This document shows positions 8,232 through 16,422 of a DNA stretch of 59,917 nucleotides, piece after piece. Location: positions 1-59,917 of the IMG/VR virus record IMGVR_UViG_3300026097_000024; one strand, written 5' to 3'. The notes beneath the pieces were generated by a model, which ran no database searches, was not told the DNA's origin, and worked only from the letters and a program-made list of their open reading frames with translations. This DNA comes from a virus. Lineage: Duplodnaviria; Caudoviricetes. The first letter of the stretch is position 1. Each line of letters starts with the position of its first letter. A program made the translations under genes and the position numbers.

Positions 8232-10502
8232 TTATCCTATACCAGAGAAGACATCTCGTCCATTCGCTCTGGTCTGTTTGTATTGCTTTTCGCCAACTTG
8301 GTGCTGTTTGTTATTTATCGCTACCAATTCTTGCATGCTTTGATTTAGGTGCTCCAGTTTATCCACCATATTTTTCTGTCCTTCCGGTGAATCATTAGAA
8401 GTTGATAGTTGGGCCGTAAGTTCCTGTATGCTTGCTCCTAGTTGGTCTATTTGTGGAGACATGTTATCTGTGCCAGTGACAGACAGTTTATCAACTTTAG
8501 GAGTCATGTTTGAAACCACCATATTGGAAAATTCAGGCTGCACAGGTGTTGATTGAACTTTAGATACATTTATTCCAAGATCAGCATTGTTTGCTGTAAT
8601 AGTATCAAAAGAACCAGTGTTAGCTGTAATTGCATTAATTTTAGAGGTGCCGCTTGCAGAAGTATTCACTTTTTTATCATCAAACAGTTTTGTTAATGGA
8701 TCAAAAAAATCACCTATAGTTTCACCAACCCTATCTAAGAAGCTTCTGTCGTCATTTCTAGGGCCGCCGCCTTCTTGTTCTACTTTTTCTGCAGTTTCTC
8801 GCCTTGTATCTAATTGATCAACCGCTTGCTGTATTGAAGTGCCTAGATTCATTGTTTCTAATTCTTTCATAGCCGCGGTTCTTTCTGATGCTGTTTTTGT
8901 TACATCCTCAAATACTGCTGCTAATTTGCTTGCTTTTTCAGCTGTTGCTTCGTCTATTGTTCCTTGTTCACGGGCAATATCAATTTGTTTACTGATTTGA
9001 TCACCAAAACCTATACTGCTTAAACTTTCTTCGACTATATTGCCTAGATCCTGTATACCTTGACTTTGCGGTCCTAATCGCTGTTCTAATGTATCTGCAA
9101 TTTGAGAAAACGCACCAGTTAATCGTTGACTTGTACTGACATTTTCTCCAATGATTTGCGCAATTTCACTGTTTGCGTTAGCAATTGCTTGTCTTGATTC
9201 ATTTACTAATTGCTGTGCATCTTGTCCTGCTAACTGACCTGCTATTTGATCAGTTTGTGTAGCGGATAAATCAGCTAACATGTCTCTGAATACTTCGGCA
9301 TGCGTTACAGTATCCCCTAAAACTTCTCCCATTTGATCAGCTCGTGCTTGAATGGCATCAATTAGAGGAGCTGTTTCTTCTAGCACATTAGCTTGTGTGG
9401 CGGCTACTTCACTTACGCCTGACAGAGTTGCCAATGTTAAACCTTGTCTACTACTGGCTTGCTCGGCTGCCGCAGCTGTGGCTTCAGCGGCTAACCTTTC
9501 TGCTTCTTCAGTGTCACCTCTGTCTAAGGCAGCCTTAGCTTGTTTTGCTAAGTCAAATGCCGCAGCATTTGTGGCAGCAAAGTTTTTTGTGGCTTCTGTC
9601 ATTGGGACGCCTGTTTGAACAATTTCGTCAAACAAGTCTCTTAAAACTTTAGGACCAGATGCTAATTCGCTTTGTGCAGCATTGTATGCTTCTTGCGCAC
9701 CAGTTACACCTTCCATTTCTAACAAACGAAGTCTAGCTTGGGTGGCACCAGCTCGTTGTCTTGCTACCAATTCATCCCTCTGTTGTTTAGCACTGCGTCC
9801 TGTTAATTTTGCTACAATGTCAAATTGTTTTGCTAGTTCCTGAGCTGCCGCTACTTCTTGTGCCGCTGTCATATTTTGCAGTCTAGATTGTCTTCGAATA
9901 AGAGCAGTGTTTTCAACTAAAAATTCATTAGCTTCTTCAATAGAGTATCCAAGATTCATAAATCCGTCTATGGCGCCTGTTTCAAACATAGCATTGCCTA
10001 ACTGTGCGGCTCTTTTTGCACCTTCTTCCACGCCGCCTGCAAACCCTGCAAGTTCCTCTGCGTTGTTAGCAACAATATTAGCAAAAGCATCTAAAGGCAA
10101 TCTAGCTTGGGCTGCAGTAGCTCGCAATGCTCCTAGGTCACCGTTCAATCCTGCACCAACTTTGGATATGCCTTGAAATACATCAGCTGTGTCGTCAAGG
10201 TACTGGGCGGCATTTGCTAAATCGCTTACTAATCCTCCCATATTTGTTATGTTGTCTGCAAATCCTTTGATGCTTGAACTTAGCGTTTCTCCGCTTAGAC
10301 CGATTGCGGCTTTTGCAGTGTCGGCAACATCGGAGATTAATCCGTCTTTGCTGCCTTTGGGAATTTTAACATTTATACCTGTGCCAGTTCCTCCGCCGCT
10401 AGGACTATCGCCAGATGGTGCTCTTGTTTGTATGCTTTTTGCAATCTTATCAGGAAGTGCATTAAGTGCGTTGAGAAGTGCTTCTGTGTCTACTTCTGCC
10501 AA
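8232..10502 (-). CDS. Tape-measure-like / baseplate hub protein (gp29-like)
   Basis: ~756 aa A/Q/E-rich, predicted helical; adjacent to the gp26-like gene. TTG start at 10502 fits SD GGAGA (10508 is the alternative). Confidence 0.6.
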   Translation of the reverse strand: MAEVDTEALLNALNALPDKIAKSIQTRAPSGDSPSGGGTGTGINVKIPKGSKDGLISDVADTAKAAIGLSGETLSSSIKGFADNITNMGGLVSDLANAAQYLDDTADVFQGISKVGAGLNGDLGALRATAAQARLPLDAFANIVANNAEELAGFAGGVEEGAKRAAQLGNAMFETGAIDGFMNLGYSIEEANEFLVENTALIRRQSRLQNMTAAQEVAAAQELAKQFDIVAKLTGRSAKQQRDELVARQRAGATQARLRLLEMEGVTGAQEAYNAAQSELASGPKVLRDLFDEIVQTGVPMTEATKNFAATNAAAFDLAKQAKAALDRGDTEEAERLAAEATAAAAEQASSRQGLTLATLSGVSEVAATQANVLEETAPLIDAIQARADQMGEVLGDTVTHAEVFRDMLADLSATQTDQIAGQLAGQDAQQLVNESRQAIANANSEIAQIIGENVSTSQRLTGAFSQIADTLEQRLGPQSQGIQDLGNIVEESLSSIGFGDQISKQIDIAREQGTIDEATAEKASKLAAVFEDVTKTASERTAAMKELETMNLGTSIQQAVDQLDTRRETAEKVEQEGGGPRNDDRSFLDRVGETIGDFFDPLTKLFDDKKVNTSASGTSKINAITANTGSFDTITANNADLGINVSKVQSTPVQPEFSNMVVSNMTPKVDKLSVTGTDNMSPQIDQLGASIQELTAQLSTSNDSPEGQKNMVDKLEHLNQSMQELVAINNKQHQVGEKQYKQTRANGRDVFSGIG

Positions 10503-10527
10503 TTTCAAATCTCCAGATTTTATGGAT

Positions 10528-10555
10528 TATAAATAGTTTTATTAAAATATTTATC
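10528..10555. promoter_or_regulatory. Pair of opposed late promoters: TATAAATA (+, 10528-10535) and GATAAATA (-, 10548-10555)
   Basis: Both match the gp55 consensus and lie in the short intergenic gap between divergent genes. Confidence 0.65.
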
Positions 10556-10565
10556 CGGACACAAT

Positions 10566-11429
10566 ATGACCAGTTTTTTAGAAAAATACAAAAGACAACC
10601 TAAAATATATGTGGATTTACCTAGCAAAGGTGAATTTTATAACGAAACTGTACTTGAAGATGAACAATTCATCCAGATGCCCGTGTTTGGTATGACCGCA
10701 ATGGATGAAATAATGCTGAAAACACCAGATGCGTTGTTTTCAGGAGAAGCCACATCTCAGGTTATACAAAGTTGTGTGCCATATGTGAAAAATCCCTGGG
10801 CTATTGTTGGTTACGATCTAGATTTTTTGTTGATTGCAATTCGAATTGCCACATACGGAGAAGAGTTGCCTGTGGACACTACCTGTCCGCATTGTTCACA
10901 CACAACTAAAAGTGCTATAAATCTAAATACTTTACTGGAGAATTTTTCGCAATATCCTACCACCGCACAGTTTACCATGGGAGATCTAACTGTAAAACTT
11001 CGTCCTATGGATTATAGAACCACAACTGAATTCAACACGAAGCAGTATAAGCTGGAAAAAACAATGGCTAATCTAAATCAAAGTGATTTAACCAGTGACG
11101 AAAAAGATGCTAAAATTACTGAACTGTTATTCGAGAGCAGCAAATTAAATTTGTTAATTGCAGTTTCACATATTGTGTCTATTGAAGCAGACGGAGAAGC
11201 AGAAAGCAATCCAGAAGTAATTTATAATTTTATCAGTGAAAACGATTCTGAATTTTATAATTCTCTGAGAGAAAATATCAAAACACTCACAGACAGATGG
11301 AAATTACCTAACATTGATGTTCAGTGTGCAAACGAAGAATGTCAAATTCTTTATCCCACTAAGCTGAATATGGACTATTCGAGTTTTTTCGGTCTACCCT
11401 CCTCGCGCTCTCGGACTCTGAAATTTTAG
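10566..11429 (+). CDS. gp26: Baseplate hub assembly chaperone (T4 gp26-like)
   Basis: Motifs PKIYVDLPSKG, MTAMDEIMLK, DLDFLLIAIRIATYGE, CPHC and C-x4-C, with a near-terminal SFF. Confidence 0.8.
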   Translation: MTSFLEKYKRQPKIYVDLPSKGEFYNETVLEDEQFIQMPVFGMTAMDEIMLKTPDALFSGEATSQVIQSCVPYVKNPWAIVGYDLDFLLIAIRIATYGEELPVDTTCPHCSHTTKSAINLNTLLENFSQYPTTAQFTMGDLTVKLRPMDYRTTTEFNTKQYKLEKTMANLNQSDLTSDEKDAKITELLFESSKLNLLIAVSHIVSIEADGEAESNPEVIYNFISENDSEFYNSLRENIKTLTDRWKLPNIDVQCANEECQILYPTKLNMDYSSFFGLPSSRSRTLKF

Positions 11430-11623
11430 ATCTAGTCAGACAGTACGAAAATGAATCTAAACAAATCAAAGACGATGTGTATCGCATAGGTTGGTATATG
11501 CGAGGATCATTCACATATGACGATCTCATGTTTAGAATATCTCACGAAGACAGGGAAATTATCAGTAGAATTATCAAAGACAACATCGAAAGGGTCAACG
11601 ATACTAAGATGCCTTTGCTTTAG
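11390..11623 (+). CDS. gp51-like small hub assembly ORF in the -1 frame, probably expressed as a frameshift fusion with the gp26-like ORF
   Basis: 77 open codons RSTLLALSDSEILDLVRQYENESKQIKDDVYRIGWYMRGSFTYDDLMFRISHEDREIISRIIKDNIERVNDTKMPLL*. No start codon in the first 29 codons. Begins at the T-TTT-TTC heptamer (11384-11390). Confidence 0.65.
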   Translation, partial: RSTLLALSDSEILDLVRQYENESKQIKDDVYRIGWYMRGSFTYDDLMFRISHEDREIISRIIKDNIERVNDTKMPLL

Positions 11624-12452
11624 ATTTTTTTTGGGCCTGTTTGACAATTTTTTTCAATTTTGGATCTTGTAAAATATTTTTCTTAACTTGCTTAACATAC
11701 TTGTTTACAGGTAATTTTTTCGGCAGTGTATCTTCTGCTTCACCTATGTTACAGTTTGCAAAACTTATTTTAGCCAGAACAGTCGGGCCGAACATAGTAT
11801 TCATTAAAGCATTTGACAAACCTTTTACAAAGTCAGTATCTTGAGATAATTTTCCTAACAGATATGCTATGTAACCACCAGTGGCAACTCCTAATATTCC
11901 TGCCAACCATCCAAACCCGGGAACTGCGCCTAGCAGTCTACTGAAAAGGGCTATAGATGCTGCAGTTGTTCCTACTGTCGATAAAAACCCCACTAGCATA
12001 CCAGATATTTCATCAACTAAATTTACCTGTGCCGCAACTACATATCTATCTCTAGGATTACACCCGCTTGCTTCATATGCATCGCCATATCTGTCCAAGG
12101 CATCTAGTAAATCGTCAGCGGAAAAAATTAGGAAAAATATTTTACCTACTATAGTTTGAGCAGCAAATTTTGCTATACTAGCGCCTAAACTTTTTGTCTT
12201 GTCAAGTAATCCACTTTTGGTTTTTTTCTTATCATCATCTGTGTCCGCATCAGATGTTTTTGGAGTTCTATCTGGATTATTTGCTGAAAGTTTTGCATTT
12301 GCAGACTTTGCTACTTGATTGGCTTTGCCCTTGATAGGATACACACCCTTTTCCGCTCCAGTTGTAGGATCCACAACTTTCCAGCCTTTTTTAAGACCAT
12401 AGTCAGTAGGAACAACTTCAAACTGTTCGTGTATGATTTCAGATACCTTCAT
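11604..12452 (-). CDS. Hypothetical late protein with hydrophobic helices; possible internal/ejected virion protein
   Basis: N-terminus MKVSEIIHE, a Gly-rich hydrophobic hairpin (AASIALFSRLLGAVPGFGWLAGILGVATGGYIAYLLG), and a late-promoter-like CTAAATA upstream. Confidence 0.55.
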   Translation of the reverse strand: MKVSEIIHEQFEVVPTDYGLKKGWKVVDPTTGAEKGVYPIKGKANQVAKSANAKLSANNPDRTPKTSDADTDDDKKKTKSGLLDKTKSLGASIAKFAAQTIVGKIFFLIFSADDLLDALDRYGDAYEASGCNPRDRYVVAAQVNLVDEISGMLVGFLSTVGTTAASIALFSRLLGAVPGFGWLAGILGVATGGYIAYLLGKLSQDTDFVKGLSNALMNTMFGPTVLAKISFANCNIGEAEDTLPKKLPVNKYVKQVKKNILQDPKLKKIVKQAQKKSKAKAS

Positions 12453-12469
12453 AAAAGTATTTAGTAGAG

Positions 12470-12888
12470 AAATGAGCTTACGCTCATTTAGTTTTCGCTT
12501 TCGCTCAAACTTGTTGATTTGTTTAAAGCAACGAGTGATAACGAAGTTGCTTATATTTCATGTAGATTGTTTCAGTCAGACGGAACCTGTTGTTGGGTTC
12601 CATCATCTCGAAAACTTCATGTGAGTTTTATCCAGCCGAGATCGGAAGTAGGTATTTGACTATGCTACTGGGCTCTGACCTTTCCCAACCTACGTCGACA
12701 TCAAAATATAGCTTATAAGCAATAATTTTTAAATTATAGCTAATATATAGCTAATACACTATATTTTTACCTCCCGCTTCGTTCCTGTGCTAAGGAGTTT
12801 TTGTAGCATACAGCCTGTGAGACACATCGCTTCCATCGGCAACGAGCATTACCTCGGCTGAATTGCGATGGATCGAGCCTCCTCGATC
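12470..12888 (-). ncRNA. Candidate large structured non-coding RNA
   Basis: ~420 nt with no credible ORF and at least 9 complementary segment pairs, including long-range and crossing helices (see findings). Confidence 0.55.
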
Positions 12889-13324
12889 AAACAGAGTCTT
12901 TATAGCCTTTGAGAGCCTCTATTAATGTTTTTGATCCGCCTACTCGGACATTTATAATGCCATTGTAGTAGTCGTCACTTTCTAACACACGACGATCAAA
13001 CTGTTCTCTTGCCTCTATGTATGACATCTCTGCCCTACTTTTGCAGAAGTATAATATTTCTCTTGTGAACTTGTCTTCGCCTAGTGCAGAAACATCAGCT
13101 TGTAGTTTGTCTGAGCTACCCCAGTATTCACGCCAGTCTGATTCCTTGTGTCCGCGTCTTTTGTTTTTTCGGCCTTTGAGAGGTGGTTTAGTGGTTTTAA
13201 ACTTAGCTAGTTTTTTGCCTATATATTTGCGCCCGTTGGTGAGATTGGTTATCAAGTAGACAAATCCTTCGTAATGGTCGGATATACTGTCTACGGGTTT
13301 GCCTTGATAAGTCCATGTGCTCAT
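12887..13324 (-). CDS. GIY-YIG family endonuclease (Seg-like, catalytic domain only)
   Basis: Motifs GFVYLITNLTNGRKYIGKK, YWGSS, FTREIL, catalytic-type E (YIEAREQ) and YYN. Confidence 0.85.
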   Translation of the reverse strand: MSTWTYQGKPVDSISDHYEGFVYLITNLTNGRKYIGKKLAKFKTTKPPLKGRKNKRRGHKESDWREYWGSSDKLQADVSALGEDKFTREILYFCKSRAEMSYIEAREQFDRRVLESDDYYNGIINVRVGGSKTLIEALKGYKDSV

Positions 13325-13339
13325 GAACTTATATAGTGC

Positions 13340-13543
13340 CTATTTTTTGTTTCTGTTATGAATCTGATCGAAAAGCGTTTTGTTTTCTTTCTGTTTGGCC
13401 TTTGATAATTTTTGTATTTCTCTTAATTTTTGTTGAGTGGTATAGTAAGTCCTCACGGACCTTCTGGTTTCCCACTTTTCATTAGCTTTGTAATATTCTA
13501 TATAAGCCTTGGTCAATTTATCATGAGTATCGTCTTCTATCAT
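13340..13543 (-). CDS. Hypothetical protein, 67 aa
   Basis: ORF coupled to gp46 through a 4-nt start/stop overlap. Confidence 0.6.
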   Translation of the reverse strand: MIEDDTHDKLTKAYIEYYKANEKWETRRSVRTYYTTQQKLREIQKLSKAKQKENKTLFDQIHNRNKK

Positions 13544-15312
13544 TCTACTACATCTAAATCATTCTCATATGATGTAAATCCGTTTTCCTTTACTACTTTT
13601 AGGATATGATTTACACGCCCAACCAATTCATCCTTGTGCGAAATAAGGAATATATTTTTATCTCGTTCTCTGCCTATCTTTTTCAACACACTGAGAGAAT
13701 TTTCCACGCCTGCCGTGTCCATGCCTGAGTCTATTAATTCGTCGATAAACAGCAGATTAATGTTTTGATACAGACTTTCCCATACATCTCTGAATGCAAA
13801 GCTCAGTCCAAGTATCAGCCTGTTGCGTTCACCCCTGCTTAAATTATCAAAATCTAAATCTTGTCCTAGCTGTGTTATTTCCACGCTGAGATCATTTTGG
13901 AACTGAACCTGGTGAGGCAGTCCTAGACGATCCAGATAGTACGATAATCGGTTGTTTAAGTATGCCAGATTCTGATCAATAATCTTCTTGCGAATAAAGC
14001 TGTCTTTGTTGGTCAACAATTTCAGCAAGAACTCCTGATGTTCCTTAACATTTGTTAGTTCGTTAACTGTTGACCAGTCTACTGCTTGTATTGCTTCTTG
14101 ATTTAGCTCATCAATCTGTGATTGGTAAGGATCTTGTTCTTGCTTTTTACTTATCAGCATTTGACGCAAGTTATCTACATTGTTTCTGTGTTCATAGGCT
14201 TCTTTCACTGTGTCATAGTATGTAACGGGTTTTGCATCCAGGTCGCCTAGATCAGCAAGTCCTTTCAGCACTTCAGACAACTTAGCGTCAACCTCGGCTT
14301 GGTATGCCACAGCATCTTCAAGTTCTTTGGCTTTTTCGCTAAGAATTTCCTGCTTTTTGTCTTCGTGAATAGCTTGTCCACAGGTATAACAGGTTGCATC
14401 TTCGAGCTCCAACACATCTTTTTCAATTTTTTTCACTCGTTTGTCTGCCTGTATCAGCGCAGAGTCCAAGGTGCTTTTCTCTTTGTTCAGCACTGTGATT
14501 GCGTTGTTCATTTCACTCCAATTAGCAAGCTTGTCGTGTGCCAGCAGTTCTGAATCAATGTCCAAATGCTCCAGCTCTTGGATGCTGGCTTCTAGCTTTT
14601 CACAGTCTCGGTGTTGTTTTGACACCCAAGCTCGCTGTGTTCCTTTGAGATTGTCAATGGTTGATTGGATTTTTTCATTGGCTGTTTGTATAGCATTGAT
14701 ACGGGCCGTTTCTTCTTGAATAGCATCTTTGCTTTGTTTTACCTGATCTTTGAGATTTTCTGCTTTTTCAGAAAGAATAGTAATGCCCAGTAGTTGTTCA
14801 ATGATTGCTCGCTGATCATTTTGTCGCATGCTGAGGAAAGGTTCCGAGTATGTGTTCAGCGCAACAATGTGTTTGAACATGTCATGGCTCATGCCCAATA
14901 GATCGTTAACAAAATCCTGTGTTTTGCGGCTGTCGCCCTGCGACTCGTCGGTCATTTCTTGTTCTTGCTCGTCAACAAAAAATTTAAACACATTAGGAGA
15001 GCGACCTCGCTCAATCCTATAGTCTACGCCGGCTTTTTCGAAGTGTAAGGTGACCAACATCCCCTTAGAATTAGTCTTATTAATAAGATTATTCCGTTTG
15101 ATGTTGGTCAGTGCTTGGCCGTACAAAGCATAACTAAGAGCATTAATGATCGTAGTTTTACCAGTACCATTGCGCGATCCTGAATCGTCACCTCCTTGGT
15201 CTAAATTTTCACCAAGCACTAGAGTTAATTTTTCTTTGTTGAAATCCACAGCTTGGGTCTGATTCCCTACACTCATGAAATTCTTTACTGTTAAATCCTT
15301 GATGCGTATCAT
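13540..15312 (-). CDS. gp46: Recombination endonuclease ATPase subunit (gp46, Rad50/SbcC-like)
   Basis: KNFMSVGN, Walker A NGTGKTT, zinc hook CYTC, signature LSRGE, Walker B LLFIDE and H-loop ISH. Confidence 0.95.
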   Translation of the reverse strand: MIRIKDLTVKNFMSVGNQTQAVDFNKEKLTLVLGENLDQGGDDSGSRNGTGKTTIINALSYALYGQALTNIKRNNLINKTNSKGMLVTLHFEKAGVDYRIERGRSPNVFKFFVDEQEQEMTDESQGDSRKTQDFVNDLLGMSHDMFKHIVALNTYSEPFLSMRQNDQRAIIEQLLGITILSEKAENLKDQVKQSKDAIQEETARINAIQTANEKIQSTIDNLKGTQRAWVSKQHRDCEKLEASIQELEHLDIDSELLAHDKLANWSEMNNAITVLNKEKSTLDSALIQADKRVKKIEKDVLELEDATCYTCGQAIHEDKKQEILSEKAKELEDAVAYQAEVDAKLSEVLKGLADLGDLDAKPVTYYDTVKEAYEHRNNVDNLRQMLISKKQEQDPYQSQIDELNQEAIQAVDWSTVNELTNVKEHQEFLLKLLTNKDSFIRKKIIDQNLAYLNNRLSYYLDRLGLPHQVQFQNDLSVEITQLGQDLDFDNLSRGERNRLILGLSFAFRDVWESLYQNINLLFIDELIDSGMDTAGVENSLSVLKKIGRERDKNIFLISHKDELVGRVNHILKVVKENGFTSYENDLDVVE

Positions 15313-16319
15313 AGTTCGTTGTAAATGTCCAATAAAAGTTTTTTGTTAAAAGAGTCTGATTCAATTGCGGATATTTCTTTGTTTACAATTTGATCAACAC
15401 TTTCAAATGCAGAAATATCAACTTCCGTGGTAATTTCTTCAATTTGTTTTTGCGGAATCAGTGTGATTTCTCTACAGCCATGCTGACTAATGTAAGTTTC
15501 CTTGATAAATTGTGCTTCTTCATAAGAAATAGGCAAATCAAGTGTAACACGCAGATACATTTTGCTTTTGATAATTTCGTCTGCTTGGTCCAATAGCTCT
15601 GACAGTTTAATTGTGCGATACTTTGGACAATTTGGCCAGTTAATATACTGTGGTTCGCTGTTGTTTTCGCGATCGATTATCATCATGCCGCGTTCGTCAT
15701 CCCAGGCATCCGCATAGTTATGGGGAAAAGCATTGCCAATATAATGAATATTGCCTTTTACTTGACGCTTGTGGAAGTGACCTGAAAACACATAATCTTG
15801 GTTTTGAAAATGTTCTGCTTTCAAATCACCATGATCTGGCATCTGTACCATTGCGTTCATGTAAAAATGCGGAAGCTCAAAGTGTCCAAACATGTATTTG
15901 GATTTAGATTTTTGAATCTTTCGCCACTCGTCGCCTACCAACCAAGGTACAAGACACACATCATCCTGCTCGGTGATTTCATTCACCACGGTGATGCCTG
16001 GAACATGCTTGCCAAATTCCACACTGTGTACATCACGCTTGTCCTTGTAGTATAAATCATGATTGCCCGGGAAGTAAAAGAATTGCTCGAATGCAGAACC
16101 CAGCTTTTCAAGACTTCGCAGTGTTGCATCCATTGTGGTAATGTTTAGACTGTTGCGATTGTGATGCCAATCGCCACAAAAGATTCCTGTTTCGCAACCG
16201 TTTTCCTTTGCTTGCGCAATAAACCAATCCACAAATTCTTCACAATCTTCATTGTGAACTTTACTATTGCCCTTAAGGCCAAAGTGTATGTCCGTAAAGA
16301 CTGCCGCTTTTTTAAACAA
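15309..16319 (-). CDS. gp47: Recombination endonuclease nuclease subunit (gp47, Mre11/SbcD-like)
   Basis: Metallophosphoesterase motifs DIHFG, GDW, GNHD, GHF and SGHFH; TTG start with SD GGAGG. Confidence 0.95.
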   Translation of the reverse strand: MFKKAAVFTDIHFGLKGNSKVHNEDCEEFVDWFIAQAKENGCETGIFCGDWHHNRNSLNITTMDATLRSLEKLGSAFEQFFYFPGNHDLYYKDKRDVHSVEFGKHVPGITVVNEITEQDDVCLVPWLVGDEWRKIQKSKSKYMFGHFELPHFYMNAMVQMPDHGDLKAEHFQNQDYVFSGHFHKRQVKGNIHYIGNAFPHNYADAWDDERGMMIIDRENNSEPQYINWPNCPKYRTIKLSELLDQADEIIKSKMYLRVTLDLPISYEEAQFIKETYISQHGCREITLIPQKQIEEITTEVDISAFESVDQIVNKEISAIESDSFNKKLLLDIYNEL

Positions 16320-16339
16320 TGTATAGTACCTCCGTACTT

Positions 16340-16369
16340 AGTATAACAAAATTTGTGCTACCGTGTCAA
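16340..16369 (-). promoter_or_regulatory. Sigma70-type promoter for gp47-gp46
   Basis: TTGACA-18 nt-TATACT with an extended -10 TG. Confidence 0.7.
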
Positions 16370-16422
16370 TGTATTTTTACCGCTCTGCGGCTTTTCTGCG
16401 AAATGCGTTTTCCGCAAGCGGC

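Noticed and set aside
12433-12624. 63-aa plus-strand ORF in the non-coding gap
   Set aside because: No SD, atypical composition, and it overlaps the hairpin-rich element.
12470-13324. Group I intron carrying a homing endonuclease
   Set aside because: No interrupted host gene is apparent on either side, and canonical P7 (R/S) elements could not be matched by eye. Kept only as an alternative explanation.
13540-16319. Cellular SbcCD operon implying a bacterial chromosome or prophage flank
   Set aside because: The short coiled coil and the gp55-47-46 context match T4-like phage recombination genes; no host housekeeping genes are present.
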